Positions 12,388-26,899 are shown, numbered from the stretch's first letter. The stretch: DNA of 64,000 nucleotides from Hormiphora californensis (GCA_020137815.1 CM035352.1:1984001-2048000), one strand, 5' to 3'. The notes: generated by a model from the sequence alone, not told the origin. Numbers and translations are program-made.

Positions 12388-15300
12388 ATTATCACCCCCT
12401 GTCCGGAGTACTGCTTTTTTTTCTTCTGTGTGTGTGTCGCAACAACTGAATCGTGCGCGTCAGGGCATGTTTCAAGTTCCACTTGTCATAGCGTAGCCCC
12501 TAATGTAGATTAACGAATAATTATTCCACACTAGGTTCAAGCCGCAGACAATTCCTATACCGTAGATCAACCCGACTTGATTGATAACACAGGCTAGGCT
12601 ATGGCTCTTTTGTAAAAGTCGTCATGATCTTTAAACCCACGAATCTTCAACCTCGGAGCTTCTTCTTCGCCGGCTTCACTGAGAGTAATCTCCCGAAATT
12701 CAAAAAAAGGCGAATATGCCCTCAGACAATTGTCTGCTGAAGAAGCTGGTGTAATTTTTTTTTCAAGATCCGACGTAAGACGTAGCCAGTTAGCTGTAAC
12801 ATTTGAATCATGCTCATAATTCGTGTGGTGCGTCACAGTGCTGACACATTGATGTTTAAGAGTACTAGCTTTTTTTCCGGAGTACTGCTTTTTCTCTCTC
12901 CTGCCAAGAGGCGCGTCGGGCTGTGGGTGGGGACTGTGATGTGTTGTTTTTTTTGGGGAGTGTTTATCAAGCAGTGTGTGTGTGGTATTCTGATTTCTGT
13001 CGCTTACACGACTTGTGTACCGGATATTATAAGAGTAGACTGGTTATTATACATGACACTAATGTTCAGCCCGCACAATTCCTAATACCGTAGATCAAAC
13101 CCGTACTTGATTGGATAAACACAGGCTGGCTATGGGCTTCTTTTGTAAAGTCTCATGATTCTGTAACCACAGAATCTGTCAACCTAGGCAGCTTCTCTCT
13201 CCGGCTCACTGAAGAGTAATATCCCGAAATTCAAAAAAATGCGAGATATGCCCTCTAGACAATTGTCTGCTGAAGAACTGTGTAATTTTTTTCAAGATCC
13301 GACGTAAGACGTAGCCAGTTAGCTGTAAACATTTGAAATCATGCTCATAATTCGTGTGGTGCGTCACAGTGCTGACACATTGATGTTTAGAGAGTACTTC
13401 TTGCGTTTTTTCCGGAGTACTGCTTTTTCTCTTCTCTGCCAAGAGGGCGCGTAGGGGGCTGTGTGTGGGGACTGTGAATGTGTTGGAGTGTGGTGTATCA
13501 GCAGGTGTGGTGTGTGGTATTCTGGTTTCTGTCGCTTACACGACTTAGTGTACCGGATATTATAAGAGTAGACTGTTATTATACATGACACATAATGGTT
13601 CATATTCCCCTCAGCTGTCCCTACCGGCGACCCACACCCCCATCTGCTCCATCTCTCAGCTAACGTACCCCCATCTACTCCAACCACCCAGGCACCCCTA
13701 TCCTATCCACCCATCTCCTACTCCTTCTCCCTCTCTAATTATCTCCTCATATCTAGGAGGATATCTATGATCTAGCTGATAGGTCCCCATTATCTTAGAT
13801 GGTTTTATTTGTTTTATTTACGATAGTCCTCTCCCCTCTCTCTTTTCCTAGCTACCCTCACCTGCATCTCTCATATCATACCCCTCATCTACTCCACTCT
13901 CGACTACCCTAGTCCCTCACCCCCGATCTCTCAGTCTACCCTACCCCTCATTTACCTCGATCTCTCAGCTACCCTACCTAACCCTACCCCCCTCATCTAC
14001 TCGAACTCTCAGCTACACCTTCCCTCCCCCTCTACATGTACTATCTCTCAGCTACCTCTTCCCCCCCTCATCTACTCGATCTCTAGCTACCCATCTCCCG
14101 TATCTACTCTATCCCCTCGCTACCTTCCCCCTCCCCATCTACCTAAATCTCTCACTACCTTACCCCTCATCTCAGCAGTCAGCTCCTTACCCCATCTACT
14201 TCAACTCTCAGATACCCTACCCCTCATATATATGTACATCTCTCAATATCCTACCTCCTCCTCTATTCCATCCTCAGCTTATCCACCCCTCAGCTACATA
14301 TCCCTCAGTACCCCCATACCCCTTCCACCTGCTAGATACTGTAGATCTTATTAGATGCTTCCCCCAGATACCCCCAGACCAGGTTGTACGGTACCTGAAA
14401 GGTTCTAGGAGCATCTAATGAGGTCTGGTGTTATCCTGGGGGAAGCATCTAATAAGATCTACAGTTATCTAGCAGGATGGGGTATTGGGGTACCTGAGGG
14501 ATATGGTAGCTGAGGGGTAGGGTAGCTGAGAGATCGAGTAGATGAAGGCTAGCGTAGCTGAGAGATGGCGTAGATGAGGGGTAGGGTAGCTGAGAGATCG
14601 AGTAGATGAGGGATATGATATCTGAGAGATGAAGTAGATGAGGGGTAGGGTAGCTGAGAGATGGAGTAGATGAGGGGCAGGGTAGCTGAGAGATTGTAGT
14701 AATATGGGAAGGGGAAGTGTAAGCTGAGAGATCGAGTAGATGAGGGGTAGGTAGCTTGAGAGATCGAGTAATGAGGGTATGGTATCTGAGAGATGGGTAG
14801 GGACTAGGGTATCTGAGAGATGAGTAGATGAGGGTATGATTATCTGATAGATGCATTAGATGAGGGGTAGGCCTAGGATAGCTGAGAGATGGAGAGATGG
14901 GGACGATGAGGGTTAGGATAGCTGTGTGCCTTGTAGTTTGAGTAGATTAGGGTGGTTGAGCTGCAGAGATGGAGCAGATGAGGGGTGGGTCGCCGGTAGG
15001 ACAGCTGGGGAATATAACCAATTATTGTGTCATGTATAATAACGTCTACTCTTAAATATCCGGTACACTAACTCGTCGTGTAATCGACCCTGAAACTCAA
15101 ATACCACACACACACTGCCTTTAACACCACTACTCTCCAACCATTCACGTCCCCACACACAGCCCCCCTACAGCGCCCTCTTGGCAGAGAGAGAAAAAAA
15201 CAGTACTCCTCGGAAAAATCAGTACTCTCTAAACATCAATGTGTCCACACTGTGACGCAGCCCACGAATTAATGAGCTATTTTCAAGCTTTACAGCTAAC

Positions 15301-15745
15301 TGGCTACGTCTTACGGTACGGATCGGTTTGAAAAAATTACAGCAACAAAAACAAAATTCAACACTTTCTCATCGACAAGTGTCCTAGAGGGCATATCTCG
15401 CCTTTTTTTTTTTGATTGATTTCGGATTTACTCTTTCAGTGAAGCCGGAAGAAGCTGCCTAGGTTAACAATTCTGTGGTTTACCAGAATCAGAGCGACTT
15501 TTACAAAAGAGCCATAGCCTAGCTGTGTTTTATCCATCAAGTCCGGTTTGTTGATCTACGGTATAAGAATTGCTGGGCTTTGAACCTAGTGTGAAAATTA
15601 TTCGTTAAATCATAATTAGGGGCTTACGCTAGACACGGAACTTGAAACACGCACGACAAACTTGAAAACGCGCACGATTCCAGTGTTGCGACACACAGCA
15701 GAAATAAAAAAAAAGCATTTACTCTGCCTGACAGGGGGTGATTAT
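12388..15745. repeat. Noisy foldback of about 3.3 kb, containing a ~530-bp tandem duplication and a ~32-bp minisatellite
   Basis: 12540-13065 is repeated at 13066-13590. The left arm is the reverse complement of 14420-15745, with the centre near 14400. Unit TAGCTGAGAGATGGAGTAGATGAGGGGTAGGG; a cleaner relative is at 24335-24690. Confidence 0.85.
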
Positions 15746-16448
15746 GTCCCCTTGGAACCCCTGTGTGTGTGACTCATTTCCCTCCCCATGGTCTGTTCAG
15801 ACCTCAGCTGCACGTTACTTCTAATTAATTTGTAGATTTATGTCGTCCCTTAGTTTTTCTCATGTAAAATATGTATCGATATTTCAATAGTGTTGCTCTG
15901 ACGTTGCGTTTTTGCATCAATAATGTCGTATTTCGTCTCAGCTCACACAGACCCCCCCCTAGGAAGGTACTAGTCACGCATTTTCACCTCTATCCTCCCC
16001 TATTCACTACAGCACATAACACAGGTTCAATGCATGTGACTGTACACCGTTGTTTTAAGCTTGTTACATATCTGGCAGATGGAAATGCCAAAGAAAGATT
16101 AGAACCTGAGATATGCAGAGAAGTGTGTGTGAACATGTGGTTTAGAGAGTGGGACGAAAAAGATGTACAAGCTGTGATTAGGTAGTAGAAGACATAACTC
16201 TCTGAGTTTTTTCCCTTGTTCCCGCCTCAAGACACATGTAACCTTGCGGATGATATTGTTAGAGGGCCACTTTCTTGTACAATTCTGTTTAGCGTCCACT
16301 CTCACTTACACTAATACAACGTACAGTTGTTACAAATTGTTGTAATTGCTTGCCCCATACTCTAAGAATTGAGTTGGAACAAAACAATTGCGAAGAAGTC
16401 TATTTGTAGTTCGGTGTATCCATTTAAACTGTACAACTAATTGTAGGT

Positions 16449-17352
16449 ATGGTGGGTGTGCGGCGGACACGAGGTCAGCGGTCCAATCTAGAGGAACAGC
16501 AACTCCGGAAACTAATGTACTCCGTGACGAACAATGACTTTAAACAGTTGACAGCCGGGGTCACATGGGGATACCGAACCTGAATCCGAATGTGCTGGAT
16601 TACTCACGGCAGGAAAACTGCCCTCCACGCGGGCTTGTGTCATAGGTCTCGATGAGTAGTGGTCAGTCACCTGTGGAGCGGGGGAAGAACGTTACAAACG
16701 AGATAAACCGGGCCGGACCGCGCTCACTCCGGCAGCCGTGGATAAGGGGAATAAGAAGATTTTAGAGACTGCTGTTGGGGGCCGGGGGGATCCACAAGCA
16801 GGGGCACATCACACCGACGTTATTGTTTTATGTCTGCAGCAACTTCTCGGAGCTTTGGCATTTGTTGAGCTGTTACTGAAAGAGGGTGCAGACATCAACA
16901 CGGTCGACCAGCAGGATCAAACCATGTTAATTCATTGTGTCCAGCACGGCTATGAAGACCTAACTGCCACGCTCATAGCCCTGGGTAGTGATGTGAAGTG
17001 TAAGAGTGTGGCCGGGGAGGGGTTGCTGTTTACCGCCGCCAACCAGGATCACTTCAAACTAATTCCAATTTTAGTTAACGCGGGTGTTCACCCCTAAACG
17101 AACCAGACGTGGAGGGTAACACCCCCGTGCACTGTTTGCAGTAAAAACAGGAAATTCCAGATGTTGAAACACCTCGCGGATCACGGCTCTGAGTTGATGG
17201 TCCAGAACGCTGTGGGGGATACACCCTTTCATCTGGCTGTGAGAGGAACATCCCAGTCAGGAGGTGATCAAGTACAAGTTTCTGAGGCTCGAGGTTTGTT
17301 CCACCCGATATCTCCACGCAGAGGGGTCACCCCACACACTGAAAAAACATAG
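16449..17352 (+). CDS. Ankyrin-repeat protein (many indels; next to the gap)
   Basis: VELLLKEGADINTVDQQDQTMLIHCVQHG, GEGLLFTAA, EGNTPVH and GDTPFHLAV ankyrin motifs spread across frames. Confidence 0.75.
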
Positions 17353-17495
17353 CCCCGGCTACAAACTAAGAGATACACAGCTACGAGCAGCGCTGAAACG
17401 TCACGAGTCAAACCAGTGAGAATTTACAATACTGGATGGTAAGGTGGGAAATAGTTCTGAGTTCTGGAGGATGACTTTGTATGCTTGGGTTAAAG

Positions 17496-17595
17496 NNNNN
17501 NNNNNNNNNNNNNNNNNNNNNNNNNNNNNNNNNNNNNNNNNNNNNNNNNNNNNNNNNNNNNNNNNNNNNNNNNNNNNNNNNNNNNNNNNNNNNNN
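17496..17595. other. Assembly gap (100 N)
   Basis: Run of N. Confidence 1.
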
Positions 17596-17732
17596 TTCAT
17601 TAGATATGTGATTGGAGCAAGATAAGTAGTATCTTCGCTCCGTAGGTGAGTGAAGTGCATGTTGCATCACTGAGGAACAGGTTGCACATAGATGGCTTTT
17701 TACAGTCCGGGCCCTGAGCTTTACCCACTTAC

Positions 17733-18654
17733 ACAATACAGGATACTATGGGACGTACCTTGCATGTAGATAAGAACTGATCCGGTGATACTATCTGACT
17801 AGCGTCGAATTTGTGCGTCTTAATCAGAATGTACGCACGGTAACCTGGATGAGTAGTGTGGGTGCCAAGATCAGTCTTACCCATTTTCCTCCGTATGACG
17901 ATCTGCTCCCACAGGTTGTTACATTTGCTCTGGAGGGTTTGGGTCATGTTGGTTATCTGGGTTAGGTATGTGACAGGTCGGTTTTGCAACCAACACCTGG
18001 CTACCAGCGTAGTTTCGGGTCGGCTGGACTAGCTGGTACACCCCAACTGAGCTGGCCAGGTGTAGTTTGGTTAGCTCATGTTGTATATCCCTGGGGGTGA
18101 CCACAAACTCTCCCCCCTTGTCAGACACTGAGATGTGTAGTTCAGACTTCTTGGCTCTCAGAGATCTGAGGCCAGCGGCCTGCTGGTTAGATAGGTTGAA
18201 CGTTCCGCAGGTTGACAGGAGTCGTGTGGCCAGCTGTTGCAAGGTTGCGTAGATCGTCCTCTATTTGGCAATTGGAGACGGGGGGTGGTTTAAGATGACG
18301 CTTTCCAATTGGAGCCCCCTCACTCCGCCATGACTGAATCTGTGTGCATACTGTGGGCCTCTCCTCTGTGGCAACTTTCCATCTAAGTCTATACGCGGTC
18401 GCTGCGATCTCATGGTTAACCTGCTGATGGAGCTCTCATCTACTCGAGTGGATAGAGAGAAATTAGGACCTAGGTCTAATAGCGACTTCTCATATCCGAA
18501 AGTCTTCCAGATCGGGGGTGGTACGATTTCCATCAGGACACTAGGTTCCACTGGATCGGTACATCGGCAGGGTGCTCAGTGTAATAGACAGGGGTGGCGG
18601 GAGGTGCACTTTGCAAGTGGAGCTGGTGGGCATACTTAGCACGAAGTTTATCCT
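17733..18654 (-). mobile_element. Inverted 5' portion of the Penelope-like element
   Basis: 17733-18452 is the reverse complement of 18655-19383. The remaining ~200 bp encodes further upstream ORF sequence (EKSLLDLGPNFSLS). Confidence 0.85.
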
Positions 18655-20816
18655 TCCACTCGAGTAGATGAGAAGCTCCATCAGCAGGTTAACCATGAGA
18701 TCGCAGCGACCGCGTATAGACTTAGATGGAAAGTTGCCACAGAGGAGAGGCCACAGTATGCACACAGATTCAGTCATGGCGGAGGAGGTGAGGGGGCTCC
18801 AATTGGAAAGCGTCATCTTAAACCACCCCCCGTCTCCAATTGCCAAATAGAGGACGATCTACGCAACTTGGAACAGCTGGCCACACGACTCCTGTCAACC
18901 TGCCGGGTACCGTTCAACCTATCTAACCAGCAGGCCGCTGGCCTCAGATCTCTGAGAGCCAAGAAGTCTGAACTACACATCTCAGTGTCTGACAAGGGGG
19001 GAGAGTTTGTGGTCACCCCAGGGATATACAACATGAGCTAACCAAACTACACCTGGACAGCTCAGTTGGGTGTACCAGCTAGTCCAGCCGACCCGAAACT
19101 ACGCTGGTAGCCAGGTGTTGGTTGCAAAACCGACACCTGTCACATACCTAACCCAGATAACCAACATGACCCAAACCCTCAGAGCAAATGTAACAACCTG
19201 TGGGAGCAGATCGTCATACGGAGGAAAATGGGTAAGGACATGATCTTGGCACTCCACACTACTCAATCCAGGTTACCGTGCATGTACATTCTGATTAAGA
19301 CGCACAAATTCGACGCTAGGCAGATAGTATCACCGGATCAGTTCTTATCTACATGCAAGGTACGTCCCATAGTATCCTGTATTGGCTCACCCACCGCTAA
19401 ACTAGCCTGGTTAATAACCTCCATCCTGAGTCCATTGCTTGATGAGGTCTCTCACACCTGAAAAACATCCATACCCATCTACAATGGTCAGAGATCTGTC
19501 ACCAGAGGGTCTCCGTGGTAAGAAGTTTTGCAGTGGAGATATCAGTGCCCTCTACACCAACCTGAACATACAGGCATGTATATCGTCCTTGGTATCTTTT
19601 GCCGAGGAACACTTGGACGTCTTGAACTAAGGGGTCTAGAGTTGGTAGATGTCCATGAGTGTCTAGATCTGGTACTGGAGAGTTCATTCTTTAAGTATGG
19701 TGGGCGCCTCTACAAACAACTCCGGGGGCTATTCATGGGATGTGCCCCTAGTCCCATAGCAGCAGTGGTGAGAGTTTTTATGTTCGAGAGAGCCACCCTC
19801 TACACCGACGTATCGTACTTGCCTATTCTATATGGGCGGTACATTGATGATGCTGTACCGTATGTTATACGAGAGAGGAGGCAGTGTGTTTCTTTGATAA
19901 GATAGGTGAGCAGGATCCGGACCATCTTATCAAATGGGAGGTTGACTTTCCAGAGGGTGATGACTTTGTACCTTTCTTGGGTACTAACATCCGGGTCACC
20001 GAATCTGGGGAGGTGCAGACGCGTTTCTACCGCAAGGAGGCTCGCAAGAATATCACACTGCACGCGAACAGTCACCACCCTATTTCCACTAAAATCCAAA
20101 CTGTCCGTAATTTCTACGCCACAGCGAGGCTAAGTGCATCAGATCGGAACAAGAGGAGGCATCCCTGAGAATAGTGGACAACCTGCTGATTGCTAATGGG
20201 TACCAGAACCCTCGTCAGTTCGCACAACAACAGAGCTGTCGTTTGTACCAGGGTCAGAAGCAGCAGGTGGAGGACTGTGTTATTTTGAAACTGCCTTACA
20301 TCTCTGAATCATTTTCATTACGATCCAGAAGTTTATCTCTAGCCGCTCTTTCCTATCAAAACAGTATTTACTCCAGGTACCAAGCTACGAAACATCTTCT
20401 GTAGCTCACGGCCCCTTGACAATGGAGCAGCTTACTGTGGGGGGAGATCATGTAAAATATGTCCACGGCTAGAGGGGGAGAGGAACTGCCAGGTGACTGC
20501 TCCAGTATACCGGATTACCTGTAACATCTGTAAAGAGATCTACATCGGGGAAACGGGGAGAACAGCAAAAGCCGCTTTGGAGAACATCTCGGTATGCCAC
20601 CTCCCCTACGTTGAAATCTTACTCGGAGATGGCACTCGCAGTGCACTATAAACAGTTTCATAATAAGACAGTACTGATTTGATTTTTGAGATTATTACAA
20701 CAGAGTCACGTATCTTATATAGAAAGATTATAGAAGCATATTATATTAACAGAGAGAAGCCTACTATTAATTTAAAAGAAGAGTTGACTGATCTATCTAG
20801 ATTCCTTATTTCTTAA
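18655..20816 (+). mobile_element. Penelope-like retroelement (RT + GIY-YIG endonuclease), frameshifted
   Basis: SDKGGEFVV, VRPIVS, SGDISALYTN, KQLRGLFMG, YGRYIDD, PFLG, HANSHHP, then VYRITCNICKEIYIGETGR...RKIIEAYYINREKPTIN. Confidence 0.92.
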
Positions 20817-21095
20817 TATTATCCGTTTTTAGTTTTTAGTATTTTCTAACGGCCATATTGGTCATTGAGTATTTTAGCTAGATATCTTTTTGAGCAGTCG
20901 CGTGATTCCTATCTTATTTCACTATCTGATCTTATTTCTTTACTATTTAAACCCCGTCTATTTCCTAGTCTTTACTTTTGTTTTAATTTTTCCAGTCCGC
21001 GGTGGTTAGGGCTATTTTTGGGGTCCGGTTAATGGTTTGTAAAGTCGGATTTTTTGAAACTGTCGCACCCCTGAAATAACAAAATGTGTCATATC

Positions 21096-21200
21096 TCCGA
21101 TTCCTGATAAGATAGAGACTTGAAATTTGGAGGTTCGGAAGAACTTAGCAAGATCTTCGTAACCTCCAAATTTCAAGTCTCTATCTCATCAGGAACCGGA
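21096..21200. repeat. Palindromic hairpin within a dispersed repeat
   Basis: TTCCTGATAAGATAGAGACTTGAAATTTGGAGGTT paired with AACCTCCAAATTTCAAGTCTCTATCTCATCAGGAA; related pieces near 43580 and 44315. Confidence 0.7.
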
Positions 21201-21821
21201 CTTATGGTCATTTAAAGAAATTTGAAAACTCTAAAAAACGACAGTTATTTAAAATCAGACTATAATATCGATTATTTCACCCCTTCCTTATTTCGTTATT
21301 CCTAACCTTGAAAAACCGTGAGTGGCGACACTATTAAACGCCCATATTTTCTCAAAAACGCCCAGATTTTCTTAAAAACGGCAAACGCCCGGATTTTCTG
21401 GATTTTTTATTTTCGCAACAGCTTTATATTTTTTAATAGTGGAGAGCACAGCTCCAGACCGCGCAATTCCAAGCCGCGCATTTTGTTCTTGTTTGCGCGC
21501 GCTCAGCCACTTGTTCGTCCGTACTCGAGCCAAACCAGAAATTTTTCATTTCCACTTCGGTGGATTCTGAGATGTTTGATCCGGACGCTCTGTGCGATTT
21601 CGATGATCTTTCTTTGTATTTTATTTTATTTGTAGCGTTCTTGATTCCAAAGTTATAAATTCATCTTTCCCTGTAATTTAGCTACCTTTTTGATGTTTTT
21701 CGTTGAGAGAAATTTTTGAAAAAAGCTTGAGCAGCCTTGGCCCTTGAGCCTTGACCAAATGCCTGGATGAACAACTTGTCACTGTTTACTATGTTTTTGC
21801 TAGTTGTGTTGCACACCTTCT

Positions 21822-22142
21822 TTAAGGTGTAAGAGCTCTCACACGCACCGCCGAACTATTCAAAAAGTCCTTCATGGCCATTATGAGCCAATCAATCAGG
21901 GAAACTTTAGATTTGTACCTCTTGTTCCCCGATCTATCAGTCGGTCGGGCTCCCAGGGATGGCGCGGCCTGCTTTTTAACGTTAGTGTCGTCGAGAAAAG
22001 TAGGGCTATAGGCATCGATCAGTCTCTTTACCTCAGCGTTAGCAGTGTCGTCATCACGCAGCTCCTTGAGTATACGTTTCTGCTTCTCCACTTGATCACA
22101 ATCGTCAACCATTTTGGCTCAAATTAATTTGTTTAAAGTAGT
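21822..22142 (-). other. Spliced-leader-headed ORF (probable retroposed trans-spliced mRNA)
   Basis: Minus strand reads ACTACTTTAAACAAATTAATTTGAG-CCAAA-ATG, then the 96-aa ORF MVDDCDQVEKQ... The 25-mer matches the 3' half of the ctenophore SL as I recall it. Confidence 0.6.
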
Positions 22143-22628
22143 AGCGGAGAGCGCAGCTTCAGACCGCACAATTACAAGCCACGCATTTTGTTCTTGTTTG
22201 TGTGCGCTGTGTCATATATATAAACTGTGATCATACTATGAACTATCAATTGGAAAGTTTTTGCTATCCCTGGCCTTTTGCTTGTCAATTGTCATCATGA
22301 TAAAAATAGGGCATGAAGGAAAGCCTTTCTGTTAAAAAGTATTACGAAATGCATATATATGTACTGTAATTATCACTTCTTTCATTTAGTATGAAATCGA
22401 TTTGGAACAATTGTGGTAAAACTGTGCTTGAGAAGTCAGTCAACAAGAGATGCTGAGGTAAATTAACTTGAATAAAATTGCCATTTTCCCTCCTGTGATA
22501 TCCTCTGACCTCTCCCACGTTTTTGTGCACACACTACGTTCAGTTTGGGATGGATGATGGAAACTTATTCTCTCCCTCCCCCTTCCCAATGTGGGGAGCC
22601 GGTGATTAGCTAAATCGAGCGTGCTCAA

Positions 22629-23206
<578 letters not shown>

Positions 23207-23307
23207 TGTTTTTGTGTGTGTTTAGTGTTTACTCATCATTTCCCGGTGCTTCAAGCCCCCTACTGACATTTTTTGTATTTTATTCAAATCTAGTTGTTTA
23301 CTTTCAG

Positions 23308-25030
23308 AGCTTCCAGTGAGATATACACTCTCAAAAAGTGTGGCAAGTGTACTGGATGCATACAACAAACCGACTGTGGAATTTGTTCTAACTGCAAGGT
23401 ATAACTTCCGAGCTATAAAACTCTAAACCAATAACACATCTGCACCGAATTGTTTAACTATTTTAGCTACGAACATGGGCATCAAGACTTTCCTGACGTA
23501 ATATAAATACTCTCCCAGGACAAACCTAGGTTTGGAGGCCCCCATGTTATTCGAAAGAAGTGCAGAGAGAAGCAGTGCATCTATAACGGCACCCTGCGGC
23601 ATCAGCAAGACGTATGTTCAAATTTATGTATTGCATATAATATTTAGATTAATTTCCCTATCTCTCATATATATCATCTCTTTCCCAATTTTATCATCCA
23701 AACGCCCCCATGCAGGTCTTGGTTTCCGATGCTACCGACAGTACCTTGTCCACAAACAAAGTTTTAAATAAACGGTATGTAATCTTACTATACTCATTAC
23801 TCTGGTAGAGAATCGGCTGATTAATTATTAGTTGCATCGTTGAGCGAAGCATATATTGTATTATATATACAACAGGGTGTCCCATATATTCTCTGGGTCG
23901 GTTGGCGAGCTGTCACGTAAAAACGGTGATAGTTGATAGTGAAAACAAACTACGGGAGTGTGCTGGATTAATTCCTTCCTAACTGATTGCTTTCAAAAGT
24001 TCATTTTTCATGAATGAACGTTGTTGCCGTTCATTCATGAATTCTGAAATATTGTTTATCTTGAGAAAGTAACTTTTCTTTGGCTCGCAATTATCTTTCC
24101 AATGAGCACCATAAAAGTCAAATTGAAGCACCAGGTCACATGACAGTTGAAAATATGAACATGCATGATTTTGGCTCTTTCTGCGACTCAATTTGAATTG
24201 AACTAATCATCCTTTTTAAGGTGATATGAGATCTTTTAACATTGCTGCACGATACCAATCGCAGAAACCCAAATCACATGCTTGAAGTTGAGAAAATCTC
24301 TTAATTATTGGTCAACGAAGGTGTCAGATATTTTAGTTCTTACAGTTATCTAGCAGGATGGTGTATTGGGGTACCTGAGGGATATGGTAGCTGAGGGGTG
24401 GGATAGCTGATAGATGAAGTAGATAAGGGGTAGTGTATCTGAGAGACGAAGTAGATGAGGGGTAGGGTAGCTGAGAGATGGAGTCGATGAGGGGCAGGGT
24501 AGCAAAGAGATGGAGTAGATGAGGGGTAAGGTAGCTGAGAGATGGAGTAAATGGGAGGTAGGGACTAGGGTAGCTGGGAGATGGATTAGATGAGAGGTAG
24601 GGTAGCTGGGAGATGGATGGGGAAAGCATTATATTGTGTCATTTATAATAACAGTCTACTCTTGTAATATCCGGTACAGTAAAACGTGTTAATATATACT
24701 ATATAGAATATCTCATACATGTAAGTTGTTTAAACCTACATAATTTTTTCAGACTATCTGATGGATCTGTAAAACATTGTGGATTCTGTGACGGATGCCG
24801 ATCGAGCGACTGTGGACAATGTATAAACTGCAAGGTATAAAAATAACTTCCAAAGTCTAAAACTAATATATTATTATATATGATTTGATATGATATGTTT
24901 GCTCTTTCTTCTCTCCAATTTATCCCATACTTTCTACTGACTTGAAATATATGTTATCTTTTAGGATAAACCTAAGTTCGGAGGTCCTAATGTCCGGAAA
25001 AAGAAATGCAGGAAAACACGTCTTGCACCC
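23308..25030 (+). CDS. Exons encoding two zf-CXXC zinc fingers, inside the Academ element
   Basis: GT-AG exons 23308-23398, 23519-23611, 23716-23774, 24753-24834 and 24965 onward splice in frame to CGKCTGCIQQTDCGICSNCK|DKPRFGGPHVIRKKCREKQC and CGFCDGCRSSDCGQCINCK|DKPKFGGPNVRKKKC. Confidence 0.85.
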
Positions 25031-25278
25031 AACCCCAGCTTTATTCCTCCTCTCTCTCTCTCTCTCTCTCTCCTCTCTCCTCTCCTCTCTCTCTCTCTCT
25101 ATCTTTAAATCTCTCTTCGTCTCATCTCATCTCTCTCCCTCTCTCTTCGCTCTCTCACCTCTCCTCCTCCTCTCTCTCCTCTCACTTCCCTCTCATCCCC
25201 CTCTAACTCTGGGAGTTTCTCTCATCTTAGGTCTCGTCTCTCTATCTCTCTCTTCTCTTGTCTCTCTCTCTCTCTCTA

Positions 25279-25336
<58 letters not shown>

Positions 25337-25716
25337 TCTCTCTCTCTCTCTCTCTCTCAGTCTTCGTCAATATTTCCAGATCTCCGAGTCAGTGCCCCCG
25401 TCACCAGAACACCAAAATGCAGGAGACCTTCACATACATGGTGCACAGCAAAAATCAGAGGTACGATTCGAATATGATTCTCGATTATTATGCATGTGGG
25501 TAGAACTTCCTCACTAATTGAGGGCGCTCTATAGTATTATGTGTGTTATCCCTTATTAATTTTGTGATTATTGTTGTCAACAGGCACCCACCGATTCGGG
25601 GTTTTCTCCATCAAACTGAATCGAAAATAATTTTCATTTTACTGCACTTACTTGATTTGTTTGGTTATTGAATCCATGGCTCCCATCCACCCGAAGCCAC
25701 CTGGTAAAGTTATTTA

Positions 25717-25978
25717 GCGGCGATTCAAAAAGGACGTCCATGATTTTTGGTCAATTTTTACCCCCCCCCCCCCCTCCGTCCCCCCTGTCCAGTCCTTTCC
25801 GAATCTGCCAGACGCTCTCCCTCCCCCCTGTCCGACTTTCGTCCACCTTTATCTAGTAAAATCAGTAAAAATTTTCTTCAAAACCTGGGACAGTCCGAAT
25901 TGCGCCAACCCCCTTGTCCAGAGATGTCCGAAATAGGCTACCTCCCCCTACCCCTGGACGTCCTTTTCGAATCGCCCC
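25717..25978. mobile_element. PIF/Harbinger-like MITE
   Basis: TIR GGCGATTCAAAAAGGACGTCCA / TGGACGTCCTTTTCGAATCGCC, with TTA on both sides. Confidence 0.65.
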
Positions 25979-26259
25979 TTAGTAATTAGTATACACGGCT
26001 TATTTTATTTATCAAGTACGGCTCATTTTGGATTGTTAGATTGTGTCATACATTCAGTTTTGACGATCAAGTTATGATCAGTTTTTGTTTTAAAATACAA
26101 TAATAGATCATAAATATGTCCACATTATTCCGATTGAGTTTCTGAGGAGAGAAAGCAAAGGAGAAGAAGAAGACAAAAGACAGAAGAGAGAATATAAAGA
26201 GATGAAAATAAAAGTAAAGTTCCCCCCGGGCCCCAGATCAAAGGATCCCCATGTGGGAT

Positions 26260-26809
26260 TCTGAGACCGAGAGAGAGAGAGAGAGAGACTCAGGAGAGAG
26301 GAGAAGAGAGAATAAGAGAGACAGAGAATGAAGAGGCACCAGAGAGAATGCAGACGAAGATGAAGAGGGAGTGATTGGACAAGTCCAACGATATGTGGGA
26401 GTGGTGAGAGAGGGAAGAGAGAGAGAGAGAGGAGAACAGACCAAACAGGGGAGAGACAGAGGAGGAATAAAAGAGAGACAGGAGACAGGATGCAAAACGA
26501 GGCAGATGCACGACAAGAATGGAGAAATAGAGAAAGAAGAGAGTAGACAAACATTAACCTTCAGAGAGAGAGAGAAGAGAGAGAGAGGAGAAGGGCCTCA
26601 GAAGTCAAATACAAACAGGATCCGGGCTCGGGGTTTAACCCTGCTCAGAGGGATTACGGCCCCATGCGGAAGTTGGTACGTTGTAGTGCGACCGCGAGAG
26701 AGAGAGAGAGAAGAGGAGAGAGGAGAGGAGAGAGAGAGGGGAGAGAGTATGAGAGAGAGAGAGAGATGAGAGAGAGAGACGAGAGGAGAGAGATGTGAGA
26801 GAGAGAGAG

Positions 26810-26887
<78 letters not shown>

Positions 26888-26899
26888 AGAGGACGAGAG

